From contig JADQBC010000003.1 in assembly GCA_016903655.1 (NCBI GenBank), positions 1 to 56,172 on the forward strand: 56,172 nucleotides of DNA, given 5' to 3'. The stretch is from Gomphosphaeria aponina SAG 52.96 = DSM 107014 (lineage in GTDB: Bacteria > Cyanobacteriota > Cyanobacteriia > Cyanobacteriales > Gomphosphaeriaceae). The translations under genes and the position numbers were made by a program. Under the pieces are notes generated by a model. The model saw nothing but the letters and a program-made list of their open reading frames with translations, had not been told where the DNA came from and did not search any database. Of the stretch, positions 22,338 to 33,088 are shown in pieces; position 1 is the stretch's first letter, and each line of letters begins with the position of its first letter.

Positions 22338-22537
22338 TAATTGTGATATTGACGAGAAGCTAATTTCTCGATATCAGCCTGAGTTTGCTGTAGAAACTGC
22401 TCACGACTATCAGAGGTATGGGTGAGGGTAGGCACTAAGTTACGGGCTTGTAAAGCCATGTGAAGCTGTAGCTGTGCAACATACTCGCTAATGTCTTCAC
22501 GGAAATTGTTTTCAGGTTTCGCGAAAAGCAAATTCAA
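22337..22537 (-). CDS. Small hypothetical protein, 66 aa
   Basis: TTG start after AAGGAGG; YVAQLQLHMALQARNLVP reads like a conserved cyanobacterial hypothetical. Confidence 0.7.
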   Translation of the reverse strand: MNLLFAKPENNFREDISEYVAQLQLHMALQARNLVPTLTHTSDSREQFLQQTQADIEKLASRQYHN

Positions 22538-22636
22538 GGTGTCCTCCTTTTCAATTGACTAATGACTAAGGAAATTCTACACATTTGGCAAAAGTTTTCT
22601 AGAAAAACAGGGTTGTTCTTAATAATTTGTAACAAA

Positions 22637-23425
22637 TTAATGCAATGGCCACCAGGAAACCTTATCTCTGGTGGCACTATAGACTTCCTTTAAAGCATTG
22701 GGCTTAATGACGCGCAATGTATCTTTAGGATCATCATTAGTTTTAGCGGTCTCAATTAACCCTTCTTTCTGCATTCCTTTGAGGACTTGCTCCACCGTGC
22801 GATGGTTGAGTTGACAGGTGTGAGCAATCACATCAACGGGTAAGTCAAATATATAGACTCCATCAGCATCAGGCATAGATCCTAATTCCCGCTCTTGATA
22901 AATTAACCCCCTCAATAACGCTGCAACTGCTTGAGGGGGATAAGTACTGCAATTGAGCAGATGATATTGGAATTTTTCTCGGAGCTGAAATAAGAAATTA
23001 TAGCGATCGCGGAACACCTCACTCTGTTCGTAAATTTGCTTAAGCGCTGCGAGGGGAATTTGTATAACGCTAGTTGTTTTATAAGCTTCAACGGAAGAAG
23101 GAAATGAGCGACTGGCTATCCCATAACTTAAAGGTAAGCTTCTCATCCCAAAACAACCACCAGGATAAGTTAAGGAAATAATTCTATCTAGGGGCGTACT
23201 GCGCACAATCACAGGCCCGCCGTCCACCAATATATACAGCACATCGATAAATTCATTGGGGACAAAGGCTGTATAAACTGGACGATTGGAAAACAGTTTT
23301 TCTATCTTCAGACTTTCTGGGGAGAGATACTCCGCCAACATCCCTTCATCAAGTTCCCTAAACAAGAAGTTACTCTCAGTGAGTACTTTCACCAGATTTG
23401 TGTTTGCTTTTTTCCCTGCTGCCAT
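22637..23425 (-). CDS. Crp/Fnr family transcriptional regulator
   Basis: cNMP-binding-like N-domain (PGGCFG) and C-terminal HTH (IAHTCQLNHRTVEQVLKGMQKEGLI); divergent from the sulfate operon. Confidence 0.75.
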   Translation of the reverse strand: MAAGKKANTNLVKVLTESNFLFRELDEGMLAEYLSPESLKIEKLFSNRPVYTAFVPNEFIDVLYILVDGGPVIVRSTPLDRIISLTYPGGCFGMRSLPLSYGIASRSFPSSVEAYKTTSVIQIPLAALKQIYEQSEVFRDRYNFLFQLREKFQYHLLNCSTYPPQAVAALLRGLIYQERELGSMPDADGVYIFDLPVDVIAHTCQLNHRTVEQVLKGMQKEGLIETAKTNDDPKDTLRVIKPNALKEVYSATRDKVSWWPLH

Positions 23426-23475
23426 AGCTACCCTTGGTTTGCGTCACTTCTATCTTGACACATTCCCCCATTGCC

Positions 23476-23788
23476 TCAAATTAAATCTTTTTTTTCTTAG
23501 AAAAGTATTGCAATTCATTTTAGATTCGTATAGAATGGGTATAGACCGCAAGAGAGAAAAAGGAAATGAGGGAAACCCATTGATATTTATAGGTTTGGTG
23601 GCACTTGAAACGTGCTTTATGAACATCTAGCAATATAAAATCAAATCAAATTAAATCTTTTTTTTCTTAGAAAAGTATTGCAATTCATTTTAGATTCGTG
23701 TAGAATGGGTATAGACCGCAAGAGAGAAAAGAGAAATGAAGAGAAAAGCATTGAAATTCATAGGTTTGGTGGCAGTGGGAATGTGCTT
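23476..23788 (+). repeat. 170-bp-period tandem duplication of the sbpA promoter and 5' end
   Basis: 23476-23560 and 23646-23730 differ at one base; the following coding-derived part is diverged. Confidence 0.92.
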
Positions 23789-24764
23789 GAGTGGAGTGGT
23801 AACTAGCTGTACCGCCAGCAACAACGCCGATGACTCGGTAAAACTCACCCTTGTATCCTACGCAGTTACCCAAAGCGCTTACGAAAAAATCATTCCTCAG
23901 TTCGCCTTTGAGTGGGAAAGTAAGACTGGGCAAAAAGTAATTATTGAGCAAAGCTATGGGGGTTCTGGTTCGCAAACCCGCGCGGTAATTGATGGTTTAG
24001 AAGCGGATGTAGTCGCCCTTGCTCTTGCTTTAGACACGAAAAAGATTGAAAAAGCAGGACTGATCCAACCAGGTTGGGAACAGGAACTCCCCAATGATTC
24101 CATTGTGCATAAATCAGTAGCTGCTCTTGTTACCCGTGAGAATATTAAAGTTACAAACTGGTCGGACTTGGCCCGCAATGATATACAAGTAATTACAGCA
24201 AATCCGAAAACCTCTGGGGGTGCGAGATGGAACTTTTTGGCTCTTTGGGGTGCCCTTACCCAAGCTGGAGGTAGCGAAGCAGAAGCGCAAAATTTTGTAG
24301 AGAGTGTGTTTAAAAACGCCCCAGTTTTACCAAAAGATGCACGAGAAGCGAGCGATGCTTTTTATCATCAGGGTCAAGGAAATGTACTAATTAACTATGA
24401 AAATGAGGTAATTTTAGCTCAACAAAAAGGAGAAACTACTCCCTATTTTGTGCCAACAGACTATAACATTTCCATTGATAATCCTGTGGCGGTTGTTGAT
24501 GCTAATGTGGATAAACATGGTACTCGTGAAGTAGCAGAAGCTTTCGTGACATTTCTCTTTACTCCAGCAGCGCAAAGAGAATTTGCTCAAGTTGGTTTTC
24601 GTCCAGTAGATGCAACAGTAGCTAAAGAATTTGCCGCGCAGTATCCTGAAATTAAAAACTTATTTACTGTGCAAGATTTAGGAGGCTGGGACAAAATTCA
24701 AACTCAATTTTTTGAAGATGGAGCAGTTTTTGATAAAATGCTCTCTCAGGTTGGTAAATCCTAA
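23736..24764 (+). CDS. sbpA: Sulfate ABC transporter substrate-binding protein
   Basis: Lipoprotein signal, QSYGGSGSQTRAVIDGL, ANPKTSGGARWN and NYENE motifs. Confidence 0.95.
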   Translation: MKRKALKFIGLVAVGMCLSGVVTSCTASNNADDSVKLTLVSYAVTQSAYEKIIPQFAFEWESKTGQKVIIEQSYGGSGSQTRAVIDGLEADVVALALALDTKKIEKAGLIQPGWEQELPNDSIVHKSVAALVTRENIKVTNWSDLARNDIQVITANPKTSGGARWNFLALWGALTQAGGSEAEAQNFVESVFKNAPVLPKDAREASDAFYHQGQGNVLINYENEVILAQQKGETTPYFVPTDYNISIDNPVAVVDANVDKHGTREVAEAFVTFLFTPAAQREFAQVGFRPVDATVAKEFAAQYPEIKNLFTVQDLGGWDKIQTQFFEDGAVFDKMLSQVGKS

Positions 24765-24938
24765 CTTATATTTCATAAGGTTGAGATTTAATTTTTTTGA
24801 ATTATTTGAAATTTGGGATTGAGTAGAGTTTTAAGTTTTTCTTGATAGAGAAAATAAATTTCTTAATGACTACAAAAACCATAATCTAATCAGAGTCTTC
24901 ATTTAATCATGAGTAAGAACAAGAGGAGAATAACAGCA

Positions 24939-25217
24939 ATGAAAAACTATACAATGGTTCAAGTTTATCAAGCTCAAGCTCAACAACCGACAACAACTAA
25001 AATTAGAATCAAAATTCCCAAAAAGTATTCTCAACAACCAGTGATTCAACAATTAGCAGCAGACCATAATGTAAAGATTAATATTTTGGCAGCTCTTTTG
25101 TTTAGCCATGGAGATTTAGATGGTTGGTTTGATTTGGAACTTCGTGGTAATTCTCAAAAAATTAAAAGTGCTTTGAGGCATTTGGAACAACTGGGAGTAG
25201 AAGTTTGGAAACTTTAA
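24939..25217 (+). CDS. NIL domain protein 1
   Basis: IRIKIP..Y.QQPVI, INILAA and GWFDLEL motifs; ATG 24939 after GAGGAG. Confidence 0.82.
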   Translation: MKNYTMVQVYQAQAQQPTTTKIRIKIPKKYSQQPVIQQLAADHNVKINILAALLFSHGDLDGWFDLELRGNSQKIKSALRHLEQLGVEVWKL

Positions 25218-25269
25218 TGTTTACCTATGACAGTTGACTAGAAACAAATGAAGAACTAGGAGAGTAAAG

Positions 25270-25569
25270 ATGAAAAATCCTCAAATATTGGAACTGGATA
25301 AATCGCAAAGTAACCGACCAACAGAAAGGAGAATTAGAATTAGGATTCCCAAAAATTATCATCAAGAACCTGTAATTTCTCAAATTGTATCCCGCAATAA
25401 TTTAGAAGTTAACATTCTGGCGGCTATTTTGGGAAAAAATGGTGCGGGAGACGGTTGGTTTGACCTACTTTTGCAGGGAAAATCACAAGACATAGATAGT
25501 GCTTTGATTTATTTGGCTGAACTAAATATCCAAATTTGGCATGAAATTGAAACAGAAAATGGCTGGTAA
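25270..25569 (+). CDS. NIL domain protein 2
   Basis: IRIRIP..YHQEPVI, VNILAA and GWFDLLL motifs. Confidence 0.85.
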   Translation: MKNPQILELDKSQSNRPTERRIRIRIPKNYHQEPVISQIVSRNNLEVNILAAILGKNGAGDGWFDLLLQGKSQDIDSALIYLAELNIQIWHEIETENGW

Positions 25570-25582
25570 TTACTTGACTGAA

Positions 25583-26443
25583 ATGACTGATTTTACCTCT
25601 GATAAGCGCCTAGCTAAGGAAAATAAAATTAAACAATTGCTCGGCAAAATTTCCCTACCTTGGACGATAACTATTGGGTACTTAATCCTGATTTTACTCC
25701 TCCCAATAACAGCATTAATTACTAAATCAATTACTCTGGGTTTTGAGGAATTTTGGCGCATTGCTACTAGCGAAGTTGCTATGTCTGCTTATGAAGTTAG
25801 TTTTCTAACTGCCCTCATTGCTGCTTTAATTAATGGGGTAATGGGAACTTTAATTGCCTGGGTTTTGGTACGGTATGAATTTCCTGGGAAAAAAGTCATT
25901 GATGCGGCAGTAGATTTACCTTTTGCTTTACCTACTTCCGTTGCAGGTTTAGTGTTAGCAACTGTTTATAGTGACAAGGGTTGGATTGGTCAACTTTTTG
26001 CTCCTTTGGGGATTAAAATTGCTTTTACTAGGTTGGGAGTTTTTGTAGCTATGCTGTTTATTTCTTTACCTTTTATTGTGAGGACATTACAACCTGTTTT
26101 GCAAGAAATGGAATCAGAGGTGGAAGAGGCTGCATTATCATTAGGTGCTTCTGAATGGCAAACCTTTTGGCGAGTTATTTTACCTCCTTTATTACCGCCT
26201 ATTTTAACAGGAGTAGCTCTGGGTTTTTCTCGGGCTGTGGGCGAATATGGCTCGGTGGTAATTGTTTCTTCTGGCATTCCTTTTCAAGATTTAATTGCCC
26301 CAGTTTTAGTGTTCCAAAGATTGGAACAATATGATGTTGCAGGAGCAACGGTGATCGGGACTGTTCTTTTAATAGTTTCTCTGGTTTTATTACTGTTAAT
26401 TAATCTTTTGCAACAGTGGGGGCGACGTTATGCAGTTAAATAA
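25583..26443 (+). CDS. cysT: Sulfate ABC transporter permease CysT
   Basis: [23 protein letters not shown] and RAVGEYGSV motifs; start uncertain. Confidence 0.93.
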   Translation: MTDFTSDKRLAKENKIKQLLGKISLPWTITIGYLILILLLPITALITKSITLGFEEFWRIATSEVAMSAYEVSFLTALIAALINGVMGTLIAWVLVRYEFPGKKVIDAAVDLPFALPTSVAGLVLATVYSDKGWIGQLFAPLGIKIAFTRLGVFVAMLFISLPFIVRTLQPVLQEMESEVEEAALSLGASEWQTFWRVILPPLLPPILTGVALGFSRAVGEYGSVVIVSSGIPFQDLIAPVLVFQRLEQYDVAGATVIGTVLLIVSLVLLLLINLLQQWGRRYAVK

Positions 26444-27230
26444 GCATTATTTGTTAGTTGCTGTGGCTGTGGGGTATTTAGCTTTGGTGTTATTTATTCC
26501 TGGTGCAGCCGTATTTTATGAGGCATTTCATTTAGGGATTAAACCCTTTTTATCCGCAGTGAGTAGTAGGGATTTTATTGAAGCAGTTAAATTAACTGTT
26601 ATTATTGCGGCGATCGCTCTTCCTTTAAATGTTATTTTTGGACTCTGTACAGCTTGGGTAATTGCACGTAACCAATTTCCTGGACGAGCTTTATTAATGA
26701 GTATCATTGACCTCCCTTTTTCTGTTTCCCCAGTGGTAGCTGGGTTAATGATAGTTTTACTTTATGGCCGCAATGGTTGGTTTGGTGGTTTCTTGGAAAA
26801 TATTGGGGTAAAAATCATTTTTGCTCTGCCAGGAATGGTGTTAGCTACTATCTTTGTTACTCTACCTTTTGTGGCCAGAGAAGTCATTCCCGTCTTAGAA
26901 GAAATGGGAAGTGAACAAGAAGAAGCTGCTCGTAGTTTAGGAGCAAGTGATTGGGAAATTTTCTGGCGAGTTATTCTGCCAAATATCCGCTGGGGTTTAC
27001 TTTATGGGGTTTTATTAACTAATTCTAGAGCAATGGGAGAATTTGGTGCAGTATCTGTTGTCTCTGGGAGTATTTTAGGTAAGACTAGCACCTTGCCCAT
27101 TTTTGTGGAACAAGCTTACAAAAATTATCACACTGAAGCAGCTTTTGGCGCAGCAGTTATTCTGGCTTTGTTAGGAGTTGTAACTCTGGTAATGAAAGAG
27201 ATTGTAGAACGTCGGGTACATCAACATTAA
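26430..27230 (+). CDS. cysW: Sulfate ABC transporter permease CysW
   Basis: [13 protein letters not shown] and [14 protein letters not shown] motifs. Confidence 0.94.
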   Translation: MQLNKHYLLVAVAVGYLALVLFIPGAAVFYEAFHLGIKPFLSAVSSRDFIEAVKLTVIIAAIALPLNVIFGLCTAWVIARNQFPGRALLMSIIDLPFSVSPVVAGLMIVLLYGRNGWFGGFLENIGVKIIFALPGMVLATIFVTLPFVAREVIPVLEEMGSEQEEAARSLGASDWEIFWRVILPNIRWGLLYGVLLTNSRAMGEFGAVSVVSGSILGKTSTLPIFVEQAYKNYHTEAAFGAAVILALLGVVTLVMKEIVERRVHQH

Positions 27231-27242
27231 GGAGAAAAAAAG

Positions 27243-28262
27243 ATGAGTATCATTATTAATCAGGTTTCCAAAAAATTCGGTGATTTCCAGGCTTTAGATA
27301 GAATAAACTTGGAGATAAAAGAAGGTGGTTTAGTGGCATTGTTAGGGCCATCTGGTTCAGGAAAATCAACTTTATTAAGGGCGATCGCTGGTTTAGAAAC
27401 ACCAGATACAGGTTCAATTATTATCAATGGTAAAGATGCCACCCATTTAGATGTTGCCCAAAGAAATATTGGCTTTGTTTTTCAACATTACGCCCTGTTT
27501 AAACATCTCACAATTCGGCAAAATATCGCCTTTGGTTTGGAAATTCGCAAACATCCTCCCAAAAGAATTAAACAAAAAGTGGATGAGTTATTAGCATTAA
27601 TTCAATTAGAAGGGTTAGGTAATAGATATCCTGCGCAACTTTCAGGAGGACAACGTCAGCGAGTTGCTCTCGCTCGTGCTTTAGCAGTAGAACCTGGCGT
27701 ATTATTATTAGATGAGCCTTTTGGGGCGCTAGATGCTAAAGTCAGGAAAGAACTCCGCGCCTGGTTACGGCGGTTGCACGATGAAGTTCACGTTACCAGT
27801 GTGTTTGTCACCCATGACCAGGAAGAAGCAATGGAAGTGGCAGACGAAATTGTAGTAATGAACCAAGGACATATAGAACAAGTGGGAACACCAGCAGAAA
27901 TTTACGACCATCCCGCCACAGCTTTTGTCATGAGCTTTGTAGGTGAGGTGAATATTTTACCTGGGGTAGCTGGTTTATTTTGCAATTTACCAACCTCCCA
28001 GTCTCATGTCTATGTGCGTCCCCACGAATTGGATTTATTACATCATGAGCATGAAAGTAGCACTCCAGCTACAGTGAAACGCATTATCCACCTGGGGCGA
28101 GAAATACAAGCAGAGTTAGCTTTACCAGATGATTTTGTCGTTTTTGCTAATTTGAGTCGGGAAAAATTTGCTGAACTCAACCTCGAAGCTGGTCAACAGG
28201 TATTTGTTAAACCGCAAAATGCCAAATCTTTCGCCGACTTGCACCGCGCTGTTCTTTCTTAA
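27243..28262 (+). CDS. cysA: Sulfate ABC transporter ATP-binding protein
   Basis: [28 protein letters not shown] and TOBE tail. Confidence 0.95.
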   Translation: MSIIINQVSKKFGDFQALDRINLEIKEGGLVALLGPSGSGKSTLLRAIAGLETPDTGSIIINGKDATHLDVAQRNIGFVFQHYALFKHLTIRQNIAFGLEIRKHPPKRIKQKVDELLALIQLEGLGNRYPAQLSGGQRQRVALARALAVEPGVLLLDEPFGALDAKVRKELRAWLRRLHDEVHVTSVFVTHDQEEAMEVADEIVVMNQGHIEQVGTPAEIYDHPATAFVMSFVGEVNILPGVAGLFCNLPTSQSHVYVRPHELDLLHHEHESSTPATVKRIIHLGREIQAELALPDDFVVFANLSREKFAELNLEAGQQVFVKPQNAKSFADLHRAVLS

Positions 28263-28291
28263 TACAGAGTGATTTCATGCTCACTGAAAAT

Positions 28292-28339
28292 GCCAGGAAA
28301 TTAATTTCCTGGCTAATAGTAAAAATCGGTTAAAACCGA
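28292..28339. repeat. Palindrome pair between convergent genes (possible bidirectional terminator or REP half)
   Basis: Perfect 22-bp palindrome GCCAGGAAATTAATTTCCTGGC, then TCGGTT-AA-AACCGA. Confidence 0.65.
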
Positions 28340-28354
28340 CTAGGAATAGACTCG

Positions 28355-28966
28355 CTATAAGATAATCATCCCAGTAAAAAAGCCGATCATCATGCCAAAA
28401 ACATGAGTCAAAAAACTCACATCAGGCGAACTAATATCAAAAGCAAATTGAACCCCAATAATTAAACATAAAAATGTTAACCGTTGAGCAGCAAGCCGTG
28501 ATTTTTCTTGATACCAAAGCCGCAGAAAAAGTAAGGTAATGATCCCGACTAATCCCATAATTGCAGCGGATGCACCTACTAAAATAAACTCCTGATCTCC
28601 TAAATTTATGGCTAGCAAAGAAAAGGCTAGCATCCCCCCAACTCCACTCAGAAAATAAACGATTAAATAACGCACTGCACCTAAACTTAATTCGACAAAG
28701 CGGCCTAGAAAAAAAAGACCTATCATATTAGTTAAAAGATGCAGCCAGCCGAAGTGCAGAAAATTAGCACTCAACAACCGCCACCATTGTCCAGAAAACA
28801 CTTTCGCGGGAACTAAGCCCCCCAAAAAATATAAAGTATCTAAATTTTCACTGCCGCCATTAACAATTTCTAAAATAAAAAACAGCAAATTTACACCTAT
28901 TAATCCATAAGTAAAATAGGCACCTTGCTTGCCCGTAATTTTTTTATATCTAAATCTTGGCTTCAA
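28355..28966 (-). CDS. Rhomboid family intramembrane serine protease
   Basis: WWRLL, FLH...HL..N, GASAA and H.FG motifs. Confidence 0.9.
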   Translation of the reverse strand: MKPRFRYKKITGKQGAYFTYGLIGVNLLFFILEIVNGGSENLDTLYFLGGLVPAKVFSGQWWRLLSANFLHFGWLHLLTNMIGLFFLGRFVELSLGAVRYLIVYFLSGVGGMLAFSLLAINLGDQEFILVGASAAIMGLVGIITLLFLRLWYQEKSRLAAQRLTFLCLIIGVQFAFDISSPDVSFLTHVFGMMIGFFTGMIIL

Positions 28967-29003
28967 TTAAGTTTGAAAATTATTTAAGTGAATATGGAGA
29001 AAA

Positions 29004-29062
29004 AAATTATGAATTATAAATTATGATTTGTTAAATTAAATCTTCTTTATAATTCATAATTT
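29004..29062. repeat. 17-bp perfect AT-rich inverted repeat downstream of dps
   Basis: AAATTATGAATTATAAA (29004-29020) and TTTATAATTCATAATTT (29046-29062). Confidence 0.7.
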
Positions 29063-29143
29063 ACAGACTTCTTAGTATTTTTGTTGGGGTTCGTTCCTAT
29101 AGATAACTGAGAAGTAAATAGCTCAATAATTTTGCCTAAGTAC

Positions 29144-29677
29144 TTATCCCATTACATCACTTTTTTTTACTAAATGGGCCTCTAAGAACCACAAACGCTT
29201 GTCAATGGTGCGGGAAATTTCTGTGTAGAGGTCAGCGGTATCAGCATCCCCTAATTTATCTGTTTTGTCAATAGACTCTCTTACATGAGCAGCATAAATT
29301 GCATACCGTTCTGCTAAAGCTTCTAGATGTTCACTTCCATCGACAATATCTATTGGATATTCTGGCAGAATAGAATTAGCCGCAGCAATGCGAGCAGTTC
29401 CCATTGCCGTACCACCTAAAGCAGTGATTCTTTCTGCTAACATATCTACATATTCTTCCACTTCTGTGGCCATTTCGTCAAAGAGTAAATGTAAGTGATA
29501 AAAATCCATTCCTTTGACGTTCCAATGGGCTTGTTTGACTTGAGTTTTTAAGTCTAAAGTAGCGGCTAAACTTCCACTTAAAATTCCTACTACTGACTCC
29601 CGAATATCTTGTGCTAAATCAATTCTTGTTGGATAAAAACCTCCAACTTTTTGCTTTTCTAATGTACTTACAGCCAT
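29144..29677 (-). CDS. dps: Dps protein
   Basis: KQAHWNVKG, LHLLFDE, AERITALGG and WFLEAHL motifs. Confidence 0.95.
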   Translation of the reverse strand: MAVSTLEKQKVGGFYPTRIDLAQDIRESVVGILSGSLAATLDLKTQVKQAHWNVKGMDFYHLHLLFDEMATEVEEYVDMLAERITALGGTAMGTARIAAANSILPEYPIDIVDGSEHLEALAERYAIYAAHVRESIDKTDKLGDADTADLYTEISRTIDKRLWFLEAHLVKKSDVMG

Positions 29678-29723
29678 GATTTTTTTCTCCTGTATATAAT
29701 CATCCCCCAGGGGGATTTTTTGA

Positions 29724-30455
29724 TTAATTCTTCAAATATGCTTCTAGTGCCTCCGAACCTCCAATTAGCTTACCATCAATAAACACTTGGGGAACTGTGG
29801 CCGCACCTGTAACAGCTTGTAGGGAATGAGTAGTAACGGTTTTCCCTAACACGATTTCTTCGTATTCCATGCCGTGTTCTGAGAGCATTTTCTTCGCACG
29901 GGCGCAGAAGGGACATCCTACTTTAGTAAATAAAGATACTAATTGAGGTTTTTTGGCATTGGGGTTGATATATTTGAGCATTGTTTCTGCATCTGAAACT
30001 TCAAATGGATCCCCAGGCACTTCTGGCTCAATGAACATTTTCTCAATTACACCATCTTTTACCAACATGGAATATCGCCATGAGCGTTTCCCAAATCCTA
30101 AATCTGCTTTATCAACCAGCATCCCCATCCCTTCTGTAAATTCACCATTGCCATCGGGAATGAGTGTCACATTTTCTGCTTCCTGGTCTTTTGCCCATTC
30201 ATTCATCACAAAGGTATCATTTACTGATACACAAATAATCTCATCTACTCCATTTTCTTTGAATGCGGGAGCTAATTTATTGTAACCAGGTAAGTGTGTG
30301 GATGAGCAGGTTGGGGTGAATGCTCCTGGAAGGGAAAACACTACTACTGTCTTTCCTTTGAACAATTCATCTGTGGTGATGTCTTTCCATTCATTGTCTT
30401 TGCGTGTATGAAAGGTAACATTGGGGACTTTTTGTCCTTCATGGTTGGCTAACAT
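29724..30455 (-). CDS. Type II peroxiredoxin-glutaredoxin hybrid
   Basis: PGAFTPTCS Prx5 motif fused to a CPFC glutaredoxin domain (TVPQVFIDG). Confidence 0.93.
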   Translation of the reverse strand: MLANHEGQKVPNVTFHTRKDNEWKDITTDELFKGKTVVVFSLPGAFTPTCSSTHLPGYNKLAPAFKENGVDEIICVSVNDTFVMNEWAKDQEAENVTLIPDGNGEFTEGMGMLVDKADLGFGKRSWRYSMLVKDGVIEKMFIEPEVPGDPFEVSDAETMLKYINPNAKKPQLVSLFTKVGCPFCARAKKMLSEHGMEYEEIVLGKTVTTHSLQAVTGAATVPQVFIDGKLIGGSEALEAYLKN

Positions 30456-30751
30456 GGGTTTTTTCTCCTAAGTCGAACTCGTTATGAGTTTGTTCATTAA
30501 CTTGATCATACTCATAATGACTCCGTTTTGTCAAGGGGAAAACAAAAAAAAATGGGTGGGAGTTAAAAAACTATATAATATGATAAAGTATGCGTTATGT
30601 TAAAAGAAAGCGATCGCTTTTTTGTTGGCTAGATAACAAGTTACAAAAAAAATATTTCTCAAAACTCTTGACAAAAATAACCCTTGTATGTTAGCCTGAT
30701 AATGGGAAAAGATGCCGCCCATATATATAGCTGTTTGTAAGCAAAAATTCT

Positions 30752-30923
30752 GTAGGGGCGGGTTTAGGGATTAACTATGACTCACCACCGGGATATTAAT
30801 TCAAAACCCGCCCCAATAACGGGTTTTGTGGGGGCGGGTTTTGAGTAACAGGTTGGGTGGGGGCGGGTTTTGATATGAAGTTTGTTCTTTAGTATCACAG
30901 TTAGTCTCTAAACCCGCCCCTAC
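30752..30923. repeat. BIME-like cluster of GGGGCGGGTTT/AAACCCGCCCC elements
   Basis: Two inverted full units and one extra half site; GTAG at the left end and CTAC at the right end. Confidence 0.85.
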
Positions 30924-31020
30924 ATTATCCCGACTTTGAGAAGATTATTATGTCACTACAATTCTTGATATCCCTTTTACCTAGGGTTTTATTCTTGCTT
31001 TTGCTTATCTACTTAGCTCT

Positions 31021-31977
31021 CTACAAACCGAGAGAAAGTTGGTAAATTTGACGACGGGAAAGCCCAGTTAAGTCTGCTAACTCACGACAAGCCTCCGATC
31101 GCCTAATGCCTTGTTGTAACATTTTATCTAACTGGAGTTTAATTTCTGCTGGGGATAACTCCAGGGTTGGGGTTTTAGAAGCCCCAGCAACAACAAGTGT
31201 ATATTCACCTTTAGGGTGTTTGACTTCAGAAAGTTGGATCGCATCTTCGAGAGTACCTCGCCAAAAGTCTTCATGGAGTTTAGTCAATTCGCGAGCTAAT
31301 ACAACAGAGCGATCGCCGCCAAAAACAGCAGCTAAGTCTTGGAGGGTTTGCAGTAAACGATGGGGTGCCTCATAGAAAATGAGCGTGCGGGTTTCATTTT
31401 TGAGAGTATTTAACATTTCTCCCCGTTGTTTAGTGGGGAGAAAACCTTCAAAAACAAAGCGATCGCTTTTCAACCCTGCAGCAGCTAAAGCTGTGATCGC
31501 TGCATTTGCACCTGGAAGTGGCACTACCGATATTTCTGCTTTAATACAAGCTTGAATTAATTCATAACCTGGATCAGAAATACCTGGCATACCCGCATCA
31601 GTTACCAAGGCGATCGTTTTTCCAACTTGGAGTTGGGCTAATAATGCCTCTAACCTAGCGGTGCGATTGTGTTCATGGTAACTTATTTGTGGAGTAGTTA
31701 TTTGAAAATGCTGTAATAGTTTACCTGTATGACGAGTATCTTCCGCTGCAATCAAATCGGCTGAGTGTAAAATACGCAACCCGCGCAAAGTAATATCTTC
31801 TAAATTGCCAATGGGGGTTGGTACAATATACAAAGTTCCTTCATGGTTGATGGTTGATGGTTGATGGTTGATGGTTGATGGTTGATGGTTGATGGTTGAT
31901 GGTTGATGGTTGATAGTTGATGGTTGATGAATGTCCAAGACAAATTTTTTGTTATTATTTAATTTCACTTGTTGCAA
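31021..31977 (-). CDS. rsmI: 16S rRNA C1402 2'-O-methyltransferase (start uncertain)
   Basis: GTLYIVPTPIGNLEDIT, AEDTR, DAGMPGISDPG and ARELTKLHE motifs. Confidence 0.92.
   Translation of the reverse strand: MQQVKLNNNKKFVLDIHQPSTINHQPSTINHQPSTINHQPSTINHEGTLYIVPTPIGNLEDITLRGLRILHSADLIAAEDTRHTGKLLQHFQITTPQISYHEHNRTARLEALLAQLQVGKTIALVTDAGMPGISDPGYELIQACIKAEISVVPLPGANAAITALAAAGLKSDRFVFEGFLPTKQRGEMLNTLKNETRTLIFYEAPHRLLQTLQDLAAVFGGDRSVVLARELTKLHEDFWRGTLEDAIQLSEVKHPKGEYTLVVAGASKTPTLELSPAEIKLQLDKMLQQGIRRSEACRELADLTGLSRRQIYQLSLGL
31844..31927. repeat. STRR, 12 x TGGTTGA (one TAGTTGA variant)
   Basis: 84 bp counted directly. Confidence 0.95.
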
Positions 31978-32016
31978 ATTATAGTTCTGATTTAATCATT
32001 CCCAGCACAGGAAAAA

Positions 32017-32865
32017 ATGAAAAATGGATTATTTGTTGGTTTAGCTAGTTTAGACTTAATTTATCTTACTGCTAAGATGCCAGAACCCAACCAAAAAATT
32101 GTCGCTTTAGAGCAAAATATTGCTGCTGGTGGCCCTGCTACCAATGCTGCTGTTACCTTTAATTTTTTGGGAAACCAAGGAAAATTACTGGCAATGATTG
32201 GTAATCATCCTATCAGTAATTTAATTAAAGCCGACTTAAATAAGTATAACCTTGAGGTAGAAGATTTAGACAAAAAAAGCTTAAATTCACCGCCAGTTTC
32301 TTCTATTATTGTGACTCAAGGGACAGGAGAAAGGGCAGTAATTAGTGTGAATGCAACTAAGTCTCAAGCCAATGCTGCACAAATCCCAGATAATATTTTA
32401 CAGGGAATGGATCTGATTTTAGTGGATGGACATCAAATGGCAGTGAGTAAGCATATTGCTCAAGAGGCGAAACAGAAAAATATTCCTGTAATTATGGATG
32501 GTGGGAGTTGGAAACCTGGTTTTGAGAAGGTTTTGCCTTTAATCGATTATGCCTTATGTTCGGCTAATTTTTATCCGCCTCAATGCCACACCTTCGAGGA
32601 AGTTTTTGCTTATTTGGAAAAAGCTGGTATTCCCCATATTGCCATTACTCGTGGAGAAAAACCCATTGAATATAGAAGTGAAGGAATAAGGGGCAAGTTA
32701 GAAGTTACTCAAATTCAAGCAGTGGATACTTTAGGAGCTGGGGATATTTTTCATGGTGCCTTTTGTCACTATCTTTTTGACTATGATTTTATTGAGGCTT
32801 TGGGGGCTGCGAGTAAAATAGCCACCCGTGCTTGTGAATTTTTCGGTTCCCGTCCTCAAATATGA
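32017..32865 (+). CDS. PfkB family sugar kinase
   Basis: GGPATNAA and DTLGAGDIFHG motifs. Confidence 0.92.
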   Translation: MKNGLFVGLASLDLIYLTAKMPEPNQKIVALEQNIAAGGPATNAAVTFNFLGNQGKLLAMIGNHPISNLIKADLNKYNLEVEDLDKKSLNSPPVSSIIVTQGTGERAVISVNATKSQANAAQIPDNILQGMDLILVDGHQMAVSKHIAQEAKQKNIPVIMDGGSWKPGFEKVLPLIDYALCSANFYPPQCHTFEEVFAYLEKAGIPHIAITRGEKPIEYRSEGIRGKLEVTQIQAVDTLGAGDIFHGAFCHYLFDYDFIEALGAASKIATRACEFFGSRPQI

Positions 32866-32874
32866 TCATAAAAG

Positions 32875-32996
32875 GTAGGGTGGGCTATGGCATCTGGTGA
32901 AAGGGCTGCCATCCCAGCTTTAAATACTATTTAAATAGCCACACTTGACTTGGCTAGATCACTTTTGAGGAAAAAGGTGAGTCTTACCCACCCTAC
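32875..32996. repeat. GTAGGGTGGG...CCCACCCTAC GTAG-type REP-like element
   Basis: 10-bp terminal IR with about 100-bp interior. Confidence 0.65.
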
Positions 32997-33088
32997 TTTT
33001 AGGTAGTTTTAACAAATCTTATGGAAGCTATAAGGGAAAATAGTAGGTGAAAGGGTTTTAAATTTAAAGGAAAATAGATTAGGAATTG

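Noticed and set aside
30470..30535. PerR/Fur box upstream of prx-dps
   Set aside because: Plausible from context, but no clear consensus match could be identified by eye
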